Below are positions 17,135-30,655 of a DNA stretch of 64,000 nucleotides, in pieces; within the stretch, counting starts at the first letter, position 1, and each line of letters starts with the position of its first letter. The notes below the pieces were generated by a model, which was not told the origin of the DNA, did not search any database, and saw nothing but the letters and a program-made list of their open reading frames with translations. The translations under genes and the position numbers were made by a program. This DNA comes from Acidimicrobiia bacterium (GTDB taxonomy: Bacteria > Actinomycetota > Acidimicrobiia > Spongiisociales > ZC4RG35): positions 3,744 through 67,743 of the forward strand of contig DATGOV010000038.1 of assembly GCA_035305585.1 (NCBI GenBank). Reading direction: 5' to 3'.

Positions 17135-18067
17135 ATGGCGGGAACGAAGCGGAAGCGTTCTACTACCGCCGACACAGTCGGCCTCTACCTCGACGATGTC
17201 GCCGATCACCGCCTCCTCACGGCCGAAGACGAGATCCGCCTCGCCCGCGCCATCGAGCAGGGCCGCCGCGCAGCTGCTCGCCTCGAACAGGAAGCGGACC
17301 TCGACGAAGTCGAGAGGCGTCGGCTCCGACGCCAAGTGACGGAGGGCGAGGAGGCGCGCGCCCTCTTCATCAGCTGCAACCTCCGCCTCGTCATCTCGAT
17401 CGCCAAGCGGTACACGGGCCGGGGCCTCGATCTGCTCGACCTGATCCAGGAAGGCAACCTGGGGCTGATCCGGGCGGTCGAGAAGTTCGACTGGCGGAAG
17501 GGCTTCAAGTTCTCCACCTACGCCACTTGGTGGATCCGTCAGGCCATCACCCGGGGGATCGGCAACGCCGGACGCACGATCCGCCTGCCGGTGCATCTGA
17601 TCGACGTGGTCCGGACCGTCTCCGACACCCGCCAGCTCCTCCACGACCGCCTCCAGCGGGCACCGACCATCGACGAGCTCGCCGAGGCTTCGGGGGTCGA
17701 CCGGGAGCGGGTGATGCTCGCCATCGAAGCTCCGAGCGACACGGTGTCACTCGACCGTCCGGTCGGCGACGATGGGGACGCCGAGTTGCAGGACTTCGTC
17801 GTCGACGACGCCGTCGACCCGTTCTCGCGGGCCGTGGAGTCGATCGCCCGGGAGCGGCTGATCAAAGCACTCGATCTGCTCGACGAAGAGGAGCGGCAGG
17901 TCCTGTGGCTCCGCTTCGGGCTCGACGGTTCCGAGCCGTGGACCCTGACGGACGTGGGAAAGCTCATGCACACCACCCGGGAGCGGGTCCGCCAGATAGA
18001 GGGGCGAGCGCTGGCGAAGTTGCGTCATCCCTCGTTCCGCTCGGAGCTGGTCACCACAGTCCTCTAG
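17135..18067 (+). CDS. RNA polymerase sigma-70 factor, group 2 (RpoD/SigB/HrdD-like)
   Basis: YLDDVADHRLLTAEDE region 1.2, NLRLVISIAKRY, DLIQEGNLGLIRAVEKFD..KGFKFSTYATWWIRQAI, TRERVRQIE..AL.KLR; no region 1.1. Confidence 0.93.
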   Translation: MAGTKRKRSTTADTVGLYLDDVADHRLLTAEDEIRLARAIEQGRRAAARLEQEADLDEVERRRLRRQVTEGEEARALFISCNLRLVISIAKRYTGRGLDLLDLIQEGNLGLIRAVEKFDWRKGFKFSTYATWWIRQAITRGIGNAGRTIRLPVHLIDVVRTVSDTRQLLHDRLQRAPTIDELAEASGVDRERVMLAIEAPSDTVSLDRPVGDDGDAELQDFVVDDAVDPFSRAVESIARERLIKALDLLDEEERQVLWLRFGLDGSEPWTLTDVGKLMHTTRERVRQIEGRALAKLRHPSFRSELVTTVL

Positions 18068-18117
18068 ACCCAGACGCGAGCCATTCCGGCCCGAAGGTAC
18101 CGGGATATCCTGTCGAC

Positions 18118-18387
18118 ATGTTCGCCAACCCCGCCTTCGCCGGGCTCGCCGTGATCGGTGCGGTGGGCGCCATCGCCGGTCTGGTGGGAGGGTTCCTCGC
18201 CGGTGCCCGCAGCCTGATCGGCACGGCATTGATGGGCGTGATCGGGGCGATCGCCGTCGCCGCCGTCGCCCGCATGGCAGGCGCTCCCCCGATCTACGGG
18301 GTGGGGATCGGGTTCTCCTATGTCTACGGCGCCGGCGGGGGGCTGTTGCTCTCCTACATCGTCGGCCGCAACGACCGGCCGGCCTGA
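18118..18387 (+). CDS. Small Gly/Ala-rich membrane protein (GlsB/YeaQ/YmgE-like)
   Basis: 89-aa hydrophobic tail of ORF 15460..18387, about 3 TM segments; leaderless geometry TATCCT + 6 nt + ATG. Confidence 0.65.
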   Translation: MFANPAFAGLAVIGAVGAIAGLVGGFLAGARSLIGTALMGVIGAIAVAAVARMAGAPPIYGVGIGFSYVYGAGGGLLLSYIVGRNDRPA

Positions 18388-18392
18388 GCAGC

Positions 18393-19073
18393 TCAGAGGT
18401 GCCTCGCCGCTTCGCGGCGGCTGAGCCCGGAGAGCTTCTCCCCTTCCCCGCTGAGGAAGCGGGCGACGGCGGCGGCATCGGTCTTCGAGTACTCGCGCAG
18501 AGCCCACCCGATCGCCTTCCGGATGAAGAACTCGGTCTCGTGGGCCTGTCGCCGACAGAAGTCGAAGAGCATTTCGGCGTCGGTGTGCTCCTTGTGCCGC
18601 AACTGGCTCAGGATGGCCGTGCGGCGCCGCCACATGTCGGCGTCGTCGATCCACGCTTCCATGACGGGCCGCATCGATGTCCGATCTTCCAGCAGCAGCG
18701 CCCCGACCAGGTTGGCGGCGACGTCGTCGACGAAGTCCCACCATGCCCCTTCGACGATCATCCGCTCGTACAGGTCGAGATGCGACCGCGCGGTGAACCG
18801 GCGGAACCGGCGGGCATAGGCGATCGCCAGGTACTTCTCCTCCCGGTGAGGCAGCTCCCACAGCGCCTCGATCCCCGACCGGTACTCGGCAGTGTTCGAC
18901 GGGACCATCTCGGCGGCGATATTGCGAATGATCTCGGCGCGACCGGGCTTCTGCACGCCGTAGAAAGGCATGGCGGTCTTCATGTACGCGGCCATCGCCG
19001 CCGCCTTGTCGGGGTCGGCTCGCTGAGCGAGCTCCGCAGCGACCAGCTCAGCGAGTCGCTCGCCGTAGCCCAC
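18393..19073 (-). CDS. DNA alkylation repair protein (AlkD-like)
   Basis: ADPDKAAAMAAYMKT..PFYGVQKP, REEKY, WWDFVDD, WRRRTAI..QL..K, EFFIRKAIGWALREYSKTD, LSRREA. Confidence 0.88.
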   Translation of the reverse strand: MGYGERLAELVAAELAQRADPDKAAAMAAYMKTAMPFYGVQKPGRAEIIRNIAAEMVPSNTAEYRSGIEALWELPHREEKYLAIAYARRFRRFTARSHLDLYERMIVEGAWWDFVDDVAANLVGALLLEDRTSMRPVMEAWIDDADMWRRRTAILSQLRHKEHTDAEMLFDFCRRQAHETEFFIRKAIGWALREYSKTDAAAVARFLSGEGEKLSGLSRREAARHL

Positions 19074-19102
19074 GCCGGTTCGAGTCGGGGAACGTCGTGA
19101 GG

Positions 19103-20515
19103 TCAGCCGATGGCGCCCGCTTCGGCCATGTTGAGCTCGATGAGGCGGTTCATCTCGACCGCGTACTCCATCGGCAGTTCCTTGACGATCGGCTCGATGA
19201 AGCCGGCCACGATCATCGAGGTGGCCTCGTCTTCGGTGAGACCCCGGCTCATCAGGTAGAAGAGCTGTTCCTCGCCGACCTTGGAGACGGTCGCTTCGTG
19301 GCCGATCTCGGCGTCGTTCTCCTCGATCTCCATGTAGGGATAGGTGTCGGAGCGGGAGTCCTCGTCGAGTATCAGGGCGTCGCAGCGGACCATGCTCTTG
19401 GCGTCCTCCGCTCCCGGCTCGACCCTGACCAGACCGCGGTACCCGGACCGGCCGCCACCCTTCGAGATCGACTTCGACACGATGGTGGAGGTGGTGTTGG
19501 GAGCGGCATGGACCATCTTGGCGCCGGCGTCCTGGTGCTGGCCCTCCCCGGCGAAGGCGATCGAGAGCACCTCGCCGTGAGCGCCCGGCTCCATCAGGTA
19601 CACGGCCGGGTACTTCATCGTCAGGCGGGAGCCCAGGTTGCCGTCGACCCACTCCATCGTGGCGTTGCGGTATGCCACCGCCCGCTTGGTCACCAGGTTG
19701 AACACGTTGTTCGACCAGTTCTGGATCGTCGTGTAGCGGCAGCGTCCGCCCGCCTTGACGACGATCTCGACCACGGCGGCGTGGAGGGAGTCGGTCGAGT
19801 AGATCGGGGCCGAGCAGCCTTCGACATAGTGGACGTAGGCGTCCTCGTCGACGATGATCAGCGTCCGCTCGAACTGGCCCATGTTCTCGGAGTTGATCCG
19901 GAAGTACGCCTGGAGCGGCTGCTCGACGCGGACCCCCGGCGGCACGTAGATGAACGAACCGCCCGACCACACGGCCGAGTTGAGTGCGGCGAACTTGTTG
20001 TCGTTGGGCGGTACGACCGTGCCGAAGTACTCACGCACGATGTCGGGGTGCTCCCGCACCGCCGTGTCCATGTCCATGAAGAGCACACCCAGCTTCTCGA
20101 GGTCCTCGCGGTTGCGGTGATAGACGACCTCGGACTCGTACTGGGCAGTCACACCGGCCAGGTACTTGCGCTCCGCCTCGGGAATCCCCAGCTTCTCGTA
20201 GGTCTGCTTGATCTCCTCGGGAACCATGTCCCAGGACTTGGCCTGCTCTTCGGTCGGCTTGACGTAGTAGTAGATGTCGTCGAAGTCGATCGTGTTCAGC
20301 AGACCACCGCCACCCCACTGGGGAATCGGCTTGCGCAGGAAGCGCTGATAGGCCTTGAGCCGGAAATCGAGCATCCACTCGGGCTCGCCCTTCATCTCCG
20401 ACATCTGCCGGATGATCTCTTCGTTCAGGCCTTTCTGCGGCTTGAAGAAATAGTCGTCCTCGGAGTCGCGCCATCCGAGCTTGTATGCACCGAGATCGAT
20501 ATCGACTGTGGCCAT
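19103..20515 (-). CDS. sufB: Fe-S cluster assembly protein SufB
   Basis: [75 protein letters not shown]. Confidence 0.97.
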   Translation of the reverse strand: MATVDIDLGAYKLGWRDSEDDYFFKPQKGLNEEIIRQMSEMKGEPEWMLDFRLKAYQRFLRKPIPQWGGGGLLNTIDFDDIYYYVKPTEEQAKSWDMVPEEIKQTYEKLGIPEAERKYLAGVTAQYESEVVYHRNREDLEKLGVLFMDMDTAVREHPDIVREYFGTVVPPNDNKFAALNSAVWSGGSFIYVPPGVRVEQPLQAYFRINSENMGQFERTLIIVDEDAYVHYVEGCSAPIYSTDSLHAAVVEIVVKAGGRCRYTTIQNWSNNVFNLVTKRAVAYRNATMEWVDGNLGSRLTMKYPAVYLMEPGAHGEVLSIAFAGEGQHQDAGAKMVHAAPNTTSTIVSKSISKGGGRSGYRGLVRVEPGAEDAKSMVRCDALILDEDSRSDTYPYMEIEENDAEIGHEATVSKVGEEQLFYLMSRGLTEDEATSMIVAGFIEPIVKELPMEYAVEMNRLIELNMAEAGAIG

Positions 20516-20648
20516 CGGTCAAATCACCTCTCCGGAGAAACTCGAGGAAATGGTGCTGGACCCCGAAGGATCAGTGTCTCGCGGTTCTCCTCACCGCGAT
20601 CCTCACCACTGTGCTCTTCACACCACGTGGTTTTTTCAGCGGGTTTTT

Positions 20649-20673
20649 CACCATCCTGATAGTGGCAATTGTA
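20649..20673 (-). promoter_or_regulatory. sufB promoter: TACAAT -10 followed by palindromic candidate operator
   Basis: Minus strand reads TACAAT-tgc-CACTATCAGGATGGTG; the 16-mer matches the sufD palindrome at 13/16 positions (13/14 in the arms). Confidence 0.6.
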
Positions 20674-20710
20674 GGCGGGGTCGCCCCCTTCCCCAAGCGG
20701 CGACCACGCG

Positions 20711-25105
<4,395 letters not shown>

Positions 25106-25224
25106 GAGGCGTTCTCTCCAATCTGTCGGAAAAAGGGAGGAGAGTCTACAACAGGATCACGACCCCGCGATACGCATATACGCATAAAGGACGAACAGCA
25201 TCGCGACGGCGCTAGGTTCGCCCT

Positions 25225-25665
25225 ATGCCTGTGATAGTCGTCGGAGCGGACACGCCCTCGGGGCGCATCATCGTCGACCGCCTCCTCTCTCCCGACCGGG
25301 AGGTGCGAGCCTTCGTCACCGACGCCGATGCCGCCGAGATGTTTCGGGCGCTCGGCGTGAAGGTGGCGTTGGGCGACGTTTCAGACGACTCTCACGTCGC
25401 CGGGGCGTGCCTCAACTGCTTCTCGGCAGTCTTGGTCTCCGAGGCCGCTTCCGACGCCCGCCTGCGTTCGTTCGCACCGACGCCCGAAAGGGTTCTCGAG
25501 GGCTGGGGAAAGGCGGTCCAATCAGCGGCCGTGCGACGGGTCATCTGGGTCGCCGGTGACGAGGCGATCCCCACGACCTCGATCGCCGAGGTGGCGACGA
25601 TCGAACGATCACGTCCCGACCTGGCCGAGGCGGTCTATGCGCTCGACCAGGCCGCTCACATCTGA
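25225..25665 (+). CDS. Short NAD(P)-binding Rossmann protein (NmrA-like)
   Basis: VIVVGADTPSGRIIVDRL, VRAFVTD, GVKVALGDVSD; only 146 aa; leaderless TAGGTT + 6 nt + ATG. Confidence 0.7.
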   Translation: MPVIVVGADTPSGRIIVDRLLSPDREVRAFVTDADAAEMFRALGVKVALGDVSDDSHVAGACLNCFSAVLVSEAASDARLRSFAPTPERVLEGWGKAVQSAAVRRVIWVAGDEAIPTTSIAEVATIERSRPDLAEAVYALDQAAHI

Positions 25666-25668
25666 TCT

Positions 25669-26244
25669 TCAGATCGGGCTGAAGGAGGCGGACGCCGGGT
25701 CGACCTTGCGCAGGGCGCGCTGGTAGGCCTGGATCAGATACGGATAGGGGTCGATCGGGCTGCCGTTGTAGTGGAGCTCGAAGTGGGTGTGGGGCGACGA
25801 GCCTTCGGCGTTGCCGGAATCGCCCACCCAACCGATCACCTGGCCGGCTTCCACTCGATCGCCCACCTCGACTGCCACCCCGAGTTCCAGCGGGGCGGCA
25901 CCGTCGTCGGTACCGGGGTTGTCGTTGTTCAGGTGCATGTACCAGGTCTCCCAGCCGTCGCCGTGGTCGATGGCGACGTACCGACCGGCCGATCCGCGAT
26001 CTCTGACCCAGAGGACGACACCGTCGGCCGCGGCGTACACCTCGGTGTGCTTGGGAGCCATCAGATCGTTGCCCTTGTGGCTGTGACCGGAGCGGGGCGC
26101 GCCCCAGCTGCTCGTGAACTCGGTCACCTCGGCCTCTTGGGGGAATGTCAGGTGGAAGTCGGGGGCCGCCGACAAGGGACTGGCGATCGCGAGGACAGCG
26201 ACCGAGACCGCGGCGACACGCGCGACAAACGCTTTCCGAATCAT
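25669..26244 (-). CDS. Secreted M23-family metallopeptidase
   Basis: Signal peptide, HKGND (HxxxD), VYAAADG, YMHL, IGWVGDSGNA, PHTHFE (HxH). Confidence 0.9.
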   Translation of the reverse strand: MIRKAFVARVAAVSVAVLAIASPLSAAPDFHLTFPQEAEVTEFTSSWGAPRSGHSHKGNDLMAPKHTEVYAAADGVVLWVRDRGSAGRYVAIDHGDGWETWYMHLNNDNPGTDDGAAPLELGVAVEVGDRVEAGQVIGWVGDSGNAEGSSPHTHFELHYNGSPIDPYPYLIQAYQRALRKVDPASASFSPI

Positions 26245-26314
26245 GGGAACTCCAGGGAACGGGGACTGGTGGAATCGACCCTGTGGTCTGGAACCGGAAA
26301 GACCCTAGACCGCT

Positions 26315-26330
26315 CGTGATTTTGTTCACA
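26315..26330. promoter_or_regulatory. CRP/GlxR-like (or Rex-like) operator upstream of M23 peptidase
   Basis: Minus strand TGTGA-ACAAAA-TCACG, 9/10 match to TGTGA-N6-TCACA; TAGGGT -10 at 26302-26307. Confidence 0.55.
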
Positions 26331-26397
26331 AACTCGGAGAGGTCGATGGGTCGCTGGTCATGGTCTCCGAGGAACGACTTCGAAGGCCCGAAACCAG

Positions 26398-26430
26398 TGT
26401 GAGGCCGGGTCGCTCGAACCCGGCCTCACA
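26398..26430 (-). terminator. 13-bp perfect hairpin downstream of the LON-domain gene
   Basis: TGTGAGGCCGGGT-cgctcga-ACCCGGCCTCACA. Confidence 0.6.
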
Positions 26431-26523
26431 TCGTGCCATCGCAGCAGCTCACTCCCTGGCTACAGGATGGTGTCCGCTCTCTATCGGCGCCGGCGCTCGG
26501 GAGTTTGAGAGGTTTCTCTCCGG

Positions 26524-27141
26524 TCAGCCGCCGAGTCGGTCGCGGAGCGTCTCGACGACCTGTTCCAGCAGCTCCAGGCACAGGCGGAGCCGGCTCGCCG
26601 GGCCGGACGACGAGAGCAGGGCCAAAGCATCGAGCGGGTCGACGGGAGCGAGAGCGGCGATCTGATAGCTGGCGGTGAGAGGATCGGAAGCGAGGTCGAC
26701 GCGGATGGCGGAGGTGTCGGCCCCCAGTTCGCTGGCCAGCGCCAACACCCTCCGAACCGACGCTTCGGCCTCGTCGAGGAGCGACTGAGGCACCTCTTCG
26801 GGGGCGTCCGGCCAGGGGACGACTTCGGCGAGCGGATATGGCTCCTCGGCCACCCATCGGGAGATGCGGAACCGCGAAACGGCGGCGGCGATGACCCGCC
26901 GGTGGTCGGCTTCGGGGAGCCGGCTGATCGAAGCGATCCGCAGCGTCGTGCCGACGTCGAAGCGTTCGTCCCCTCCCCCGACCTCGGAGCCCTTCTCGAT
27001 CAGCACGGTCCCGAAGGTGCCGTCACCGCCGGACACGTCGTCGACCAGGTGCTGGTAGCGGGTTTCGAACACGCGGAGCGGGAGCGCGGTGTAGGGGAAG
27101 ACGACCGACTGCAGCGGGAACATCGGCATCCGGGTCGTCAT
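26524..27141 (-). CDS. LON peptidase substrate-binding domain protein
   Basis: MPMFPLQSVVFPYTALPLRVFETRYQHLV, FGTVLIEKGSEVGGGD, RFRI..W..EEPYP. Confidence 0.9.
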   Translation of the reverse strand: MTTRMPMFPLQSVVFPYTALPLRVFETRYQHLVDDVSGGDGTFGTVLIEKGSEVGGGDERFDVGTTLRIASISRLPEADHRRVIAAAVSRFRISRWVAEEPYPLAEVVPWPDAPEEVPQSLLDEAEASVRRVLALASELGADTSAIRVDLASDPLTASYQIAALAPVDPLDALALLSSSGPASRLRLCLELLEQVVETLRDRLGG

Positions 27142-27584
27142 GTCGGCGTCTCCCGCATGCGGACCATGAACCGGAGGCGCTCTTTCACGTCACCGTCGAT
27201 GGAGACCACGAACGAGTAGGCGCCGGCTTCCCGAAAGACGATGTTGGTGAACGTCAAGGCCCGCACGACGGTGAGGTCCTGGCCTTCGGGCAAGTGCGGC
27301 GGGCGGCGAACAGGCACCGGCGCCTTCAGCGTTCCGGGGAGGACCGAGCGGCCGTCCTCGTCCTGCAGCTCGACTTCGAGGACCACCGACTCTCCGGGCC
27401 AGCCCCAGGGGACGCGGACTCGCAGTCCGATACCCATGCTCGGGTGACGGGCCGGGAGGGAGCGAACGGTGAGGACGTCCCATCCCCCACCGAGAACGAA
27501 GAGCTTCCCCTGGCTCGCCTGCACCGCATCCGCCAGGAGGGCGATGTCCACTGATGGCTCCAACGTCCCGCCACCGAAGTCCAC
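27138..27584 (-). CDS. Conserved hypothetical beta-sandwich protein (DUF6941-like)
   Basis: LLADAVQASQGKLFVLGGGWD and F..AGAYSFVVSIDG motifs; leaderless GTG 27584 (TAGGGT + 7 nt), alternative GTG 27551. Confidence 0.65.
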   Translation of the reverse strand: MDFGGGTLEPSVDIALLADAVQASQGKLFVLGGGWDVLTVRSLPARHPSMGIGLRVRVPWGWPGESVVLEVELQDEDGRSVLPGTLKAPVPVRRPPHLPEGQDLTVVRALTFTNIVFREAGAYSFVVSIDGDVKERLRFMVRMRETPT

Positions 27585-27685
27585 CTGCGCCACCCTACCG
27601 GTCCTCCCTCGGGGAGCGGAGTTCCGGGACTCGGCTTCGGCCCCGTATCGTTGGATCACGAAAACCTGTTCCAGGAGGTGTTGTT

Positions 27686-29008
27686 GTGTCCAAACCCGTT
27701 GACATCGCACCCGCCACTGGCAAGCTCGGGGTCCTGACGCCGGGCATGGGAGCCGTCGCCACGACGCTCTTCGCCGGAGTTCTGGCGGCGCGGAAGGGAT
27801 TGGCCGCACCCTATGGGTCACTCACCCAACTCGGCCACATCCGCCTGGGTCGCCGCGACGACGCCCGCAACCCGCTCATCAAGGACTTCGTCCCACTCGC
27901 CTCCCTCGACGATCTCGTGTTCGGGGGGTGGGACGTCTATTCGGACGACGCGTACGCCGCGGCGATGAAGGCCGGCGTGCTGGAACCCCGCCACATCGAG
28001 TCGATCGGCGACGAGCTGCGCCTGATCGAGCCGATGGCCGCCGTCTTCGACCATCAGTGGGTCCGCAATCTCAACGACGTCGACAACGTCAAGGAAGTCG
28101 AAGGCTCCAAGATGGATCAGGCCGAGGCCCTCATGGCCGACATCGACCGCTTCCGCTCCGAGCACGGCGTGGAGCGCGTGGTCATGGTCTGGTGCGGTTC
28201 GACCGAGTCCTATCGCGACCCTTCCGAAGTGCACATGGATCTGGCTTCGTTCGAGAAGGGATTGAAGGAGTCGCATCCGGACATCGCCCCGTCCCAGATC
28301 TACGCCTACGCCGCGCTCCAGTCCGACGTGCCCTTCGCCAACGGCGCGCCCAACCTCACCGTCGACATCCCGGCGATGGTCGAGCTGGCCGAAGAACGGG
28401 GCGTGCCGATCTCGGGCAAGGACTTCAAGACCGGCCAGACGCTGTTGAAGACGATCGTGGCTCCCGGCCTGAAGGCGCGGATGCTGGGTGTGCGGGGCTG
28501 GTTCTCGACGAACATCCTCGGCAACCGCGACGGCGAAGTCCTCGACGATCCGGAATCCTTCAAGTCGAAGGAGGTGTCGAAGCTCGGTGTTCTCGAGCAG
28601 ATCCTCCAGCCCGAGTTGTACCCGGAGCTCTACGGGGAGCTCTATCACAAGGTCCGCATCAACTACTACCCGCCGCGGGGCGACGAGAAGGAAGGCTGGG
28701 ACAACATCGACATCTTCGGGTGGCTCGGTTATCCCATGCAGATCAAGATCGACTTCCTGTGCCGGGACTCGATCCTGGCGGCTCCGCTCGCCCTCGACCT
28801 GGCGTTGTTCATGGACCTCGCCCACCGCGCCGACCGCAGGGGCATCCAGGAGTGGCTGTCCTTCTACTACAAGACCCCCCAGCACGCTCCGGAGATCTAT
28901 CCGGAAAACGACTTGTTCATCCAGCTCACGAAGCTGAAGAACAACCTGCGTCAGATGATGGGTGAGGACCTGATCACCCATCTCGGCACGGAGTACTACG
29001 AGAAGTAG
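27686..29008 (+). CDS. ino1: myo-inositol-1-phosphate synthase
   Basis: KLGVL.PGMGAVATT, FGGWD, NGAPN, GKDFKTGQT, WFSTNILGNRDG, DSILAAPLALDL; RBS CAGGAGG. Confidence 0.93.
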   Translation: MSKPVDIAPATGKLGVLTPGMGAVATTLFAGVLAARKGLAAPYGSLTQLGHIRLGRRDDARNPLIKDFVPLASLDDLVFGGWDVYSDDAYAAAMKAGVLEPRHIESIGDELRLIEPMAAVFDHQWVRNLNDVDNVKEVEGSKMDQAEALMADIDRFRSEHGVERVVMVWCGSTESYRDPSEVHMDLASFEKGLKESHPDIAPSQIYAYAALQSDVPFANGAPNLTVDIPAMVELAEERGVPISGKDFKTGQTLLKTIVAPGLKARMLGVRGWFSTNILGNRDGEVLDDPESFKSKEVSKLGVLEQILQPELYPELYGELYHKVRINYYPPRGDEKEGWDNIDIFGWLGYPMQIKIDFLCRDSILAAPLALDLALFMDLAHRADRRGIQEWLSFYYKTPQHAPEIYPENDLFIQLTKLKNNLRQMMGEDLITHLGTEYYEK

Positions 29009-29010
29009 GG

Positions 29011-29415
29011 ATGGAAGACGGCCTCCAGGTCGGTGCGTTCACGATCCCCGATGAGGAGATCCATGAGACGTTCACGACCTGGGGCGGCCCGGGTGGCCAA
29101 CACGCCAACCGCGCCCAGACCGCGGTGGAGTTGCGATTCGACGTCACCGCCACCCGGGCCCTTCCACCCGACGTGCGCGACCGGATCGTCACCCGCCTGG
29201 GAGCGGTGGTCACGGTCACGGCGTCGGAGTCACGCTCGCAATGGCGGAACCGGGCGGCGGCTCGACGGCGTCTCGCTGCCCGGCTGCTCGAGGCGATGCG
29301 ACAGCCGAAGCCTCGCCGACCGACGCGGCCGTCTGCCGCAGCTCGACGACGTCGCCTCGAGGAGAAGCGGAGGCTCTCCGAAAAGAAGCGCCTCCGTCGG
29401 CGCCCGGAGCTCTGA
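29011..29415 (+). CDS. arfB: Alternative ribosome rescue peptidyl-tRNA hydrolase ArfB
   Basis: GGPGGQHAN (GGQ motif), SRSQWRNR, basic tail RRRRLEEKRRLSEKKRLRR. Confidence 0.9.
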   Translation: MEDGLQVGAFTIPDEEIHETFTTWGGPGGQHANRAQTAVELRFDVTATRALPPDVRDRIVTRLGAVVTVTASESRSQWRNRAAARRRLAARLLEAMRQPKPRRPTRPSAAARRRRLEEKRRLSEKKRLRRRPEL

Positions 29416-29424
29416 GCTGCCGGG

Positions 29425-30645
<1,221 letters not shown>

Positions 30646-30655
30646 AGCCGGCGCC

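Noticed and set aside
15460-18117. 975-aa plus-strand ORF
   Set aside because: Overlaps the glycoside hydrolase and sigma genes; only the last 89 codons (from ATG 18118) look real
20520-20665. SAM riboswitch in the sufB leader
   Set aside because: CTATCAGGA resembles the start of SAM-I, but GAGGGA..GGCCC, GCAACC and GTGC elements are absent
25663-25668. Selenocysteine or read-through extension of the short Rossmann protein at its TGA
   Set aside because: A convergent gene ends 3 bp later, leaving no room for a SECIS or extension
26245-26300. c-di-AMP riboswitch upstream of the M23 peptidase (GGGAACGGGGA-like string)
   Set aside because: The string is on the wrong strand, and the GCTGAATC, GGGGTGAAT and CCGTCAGCTAAC elements are missing
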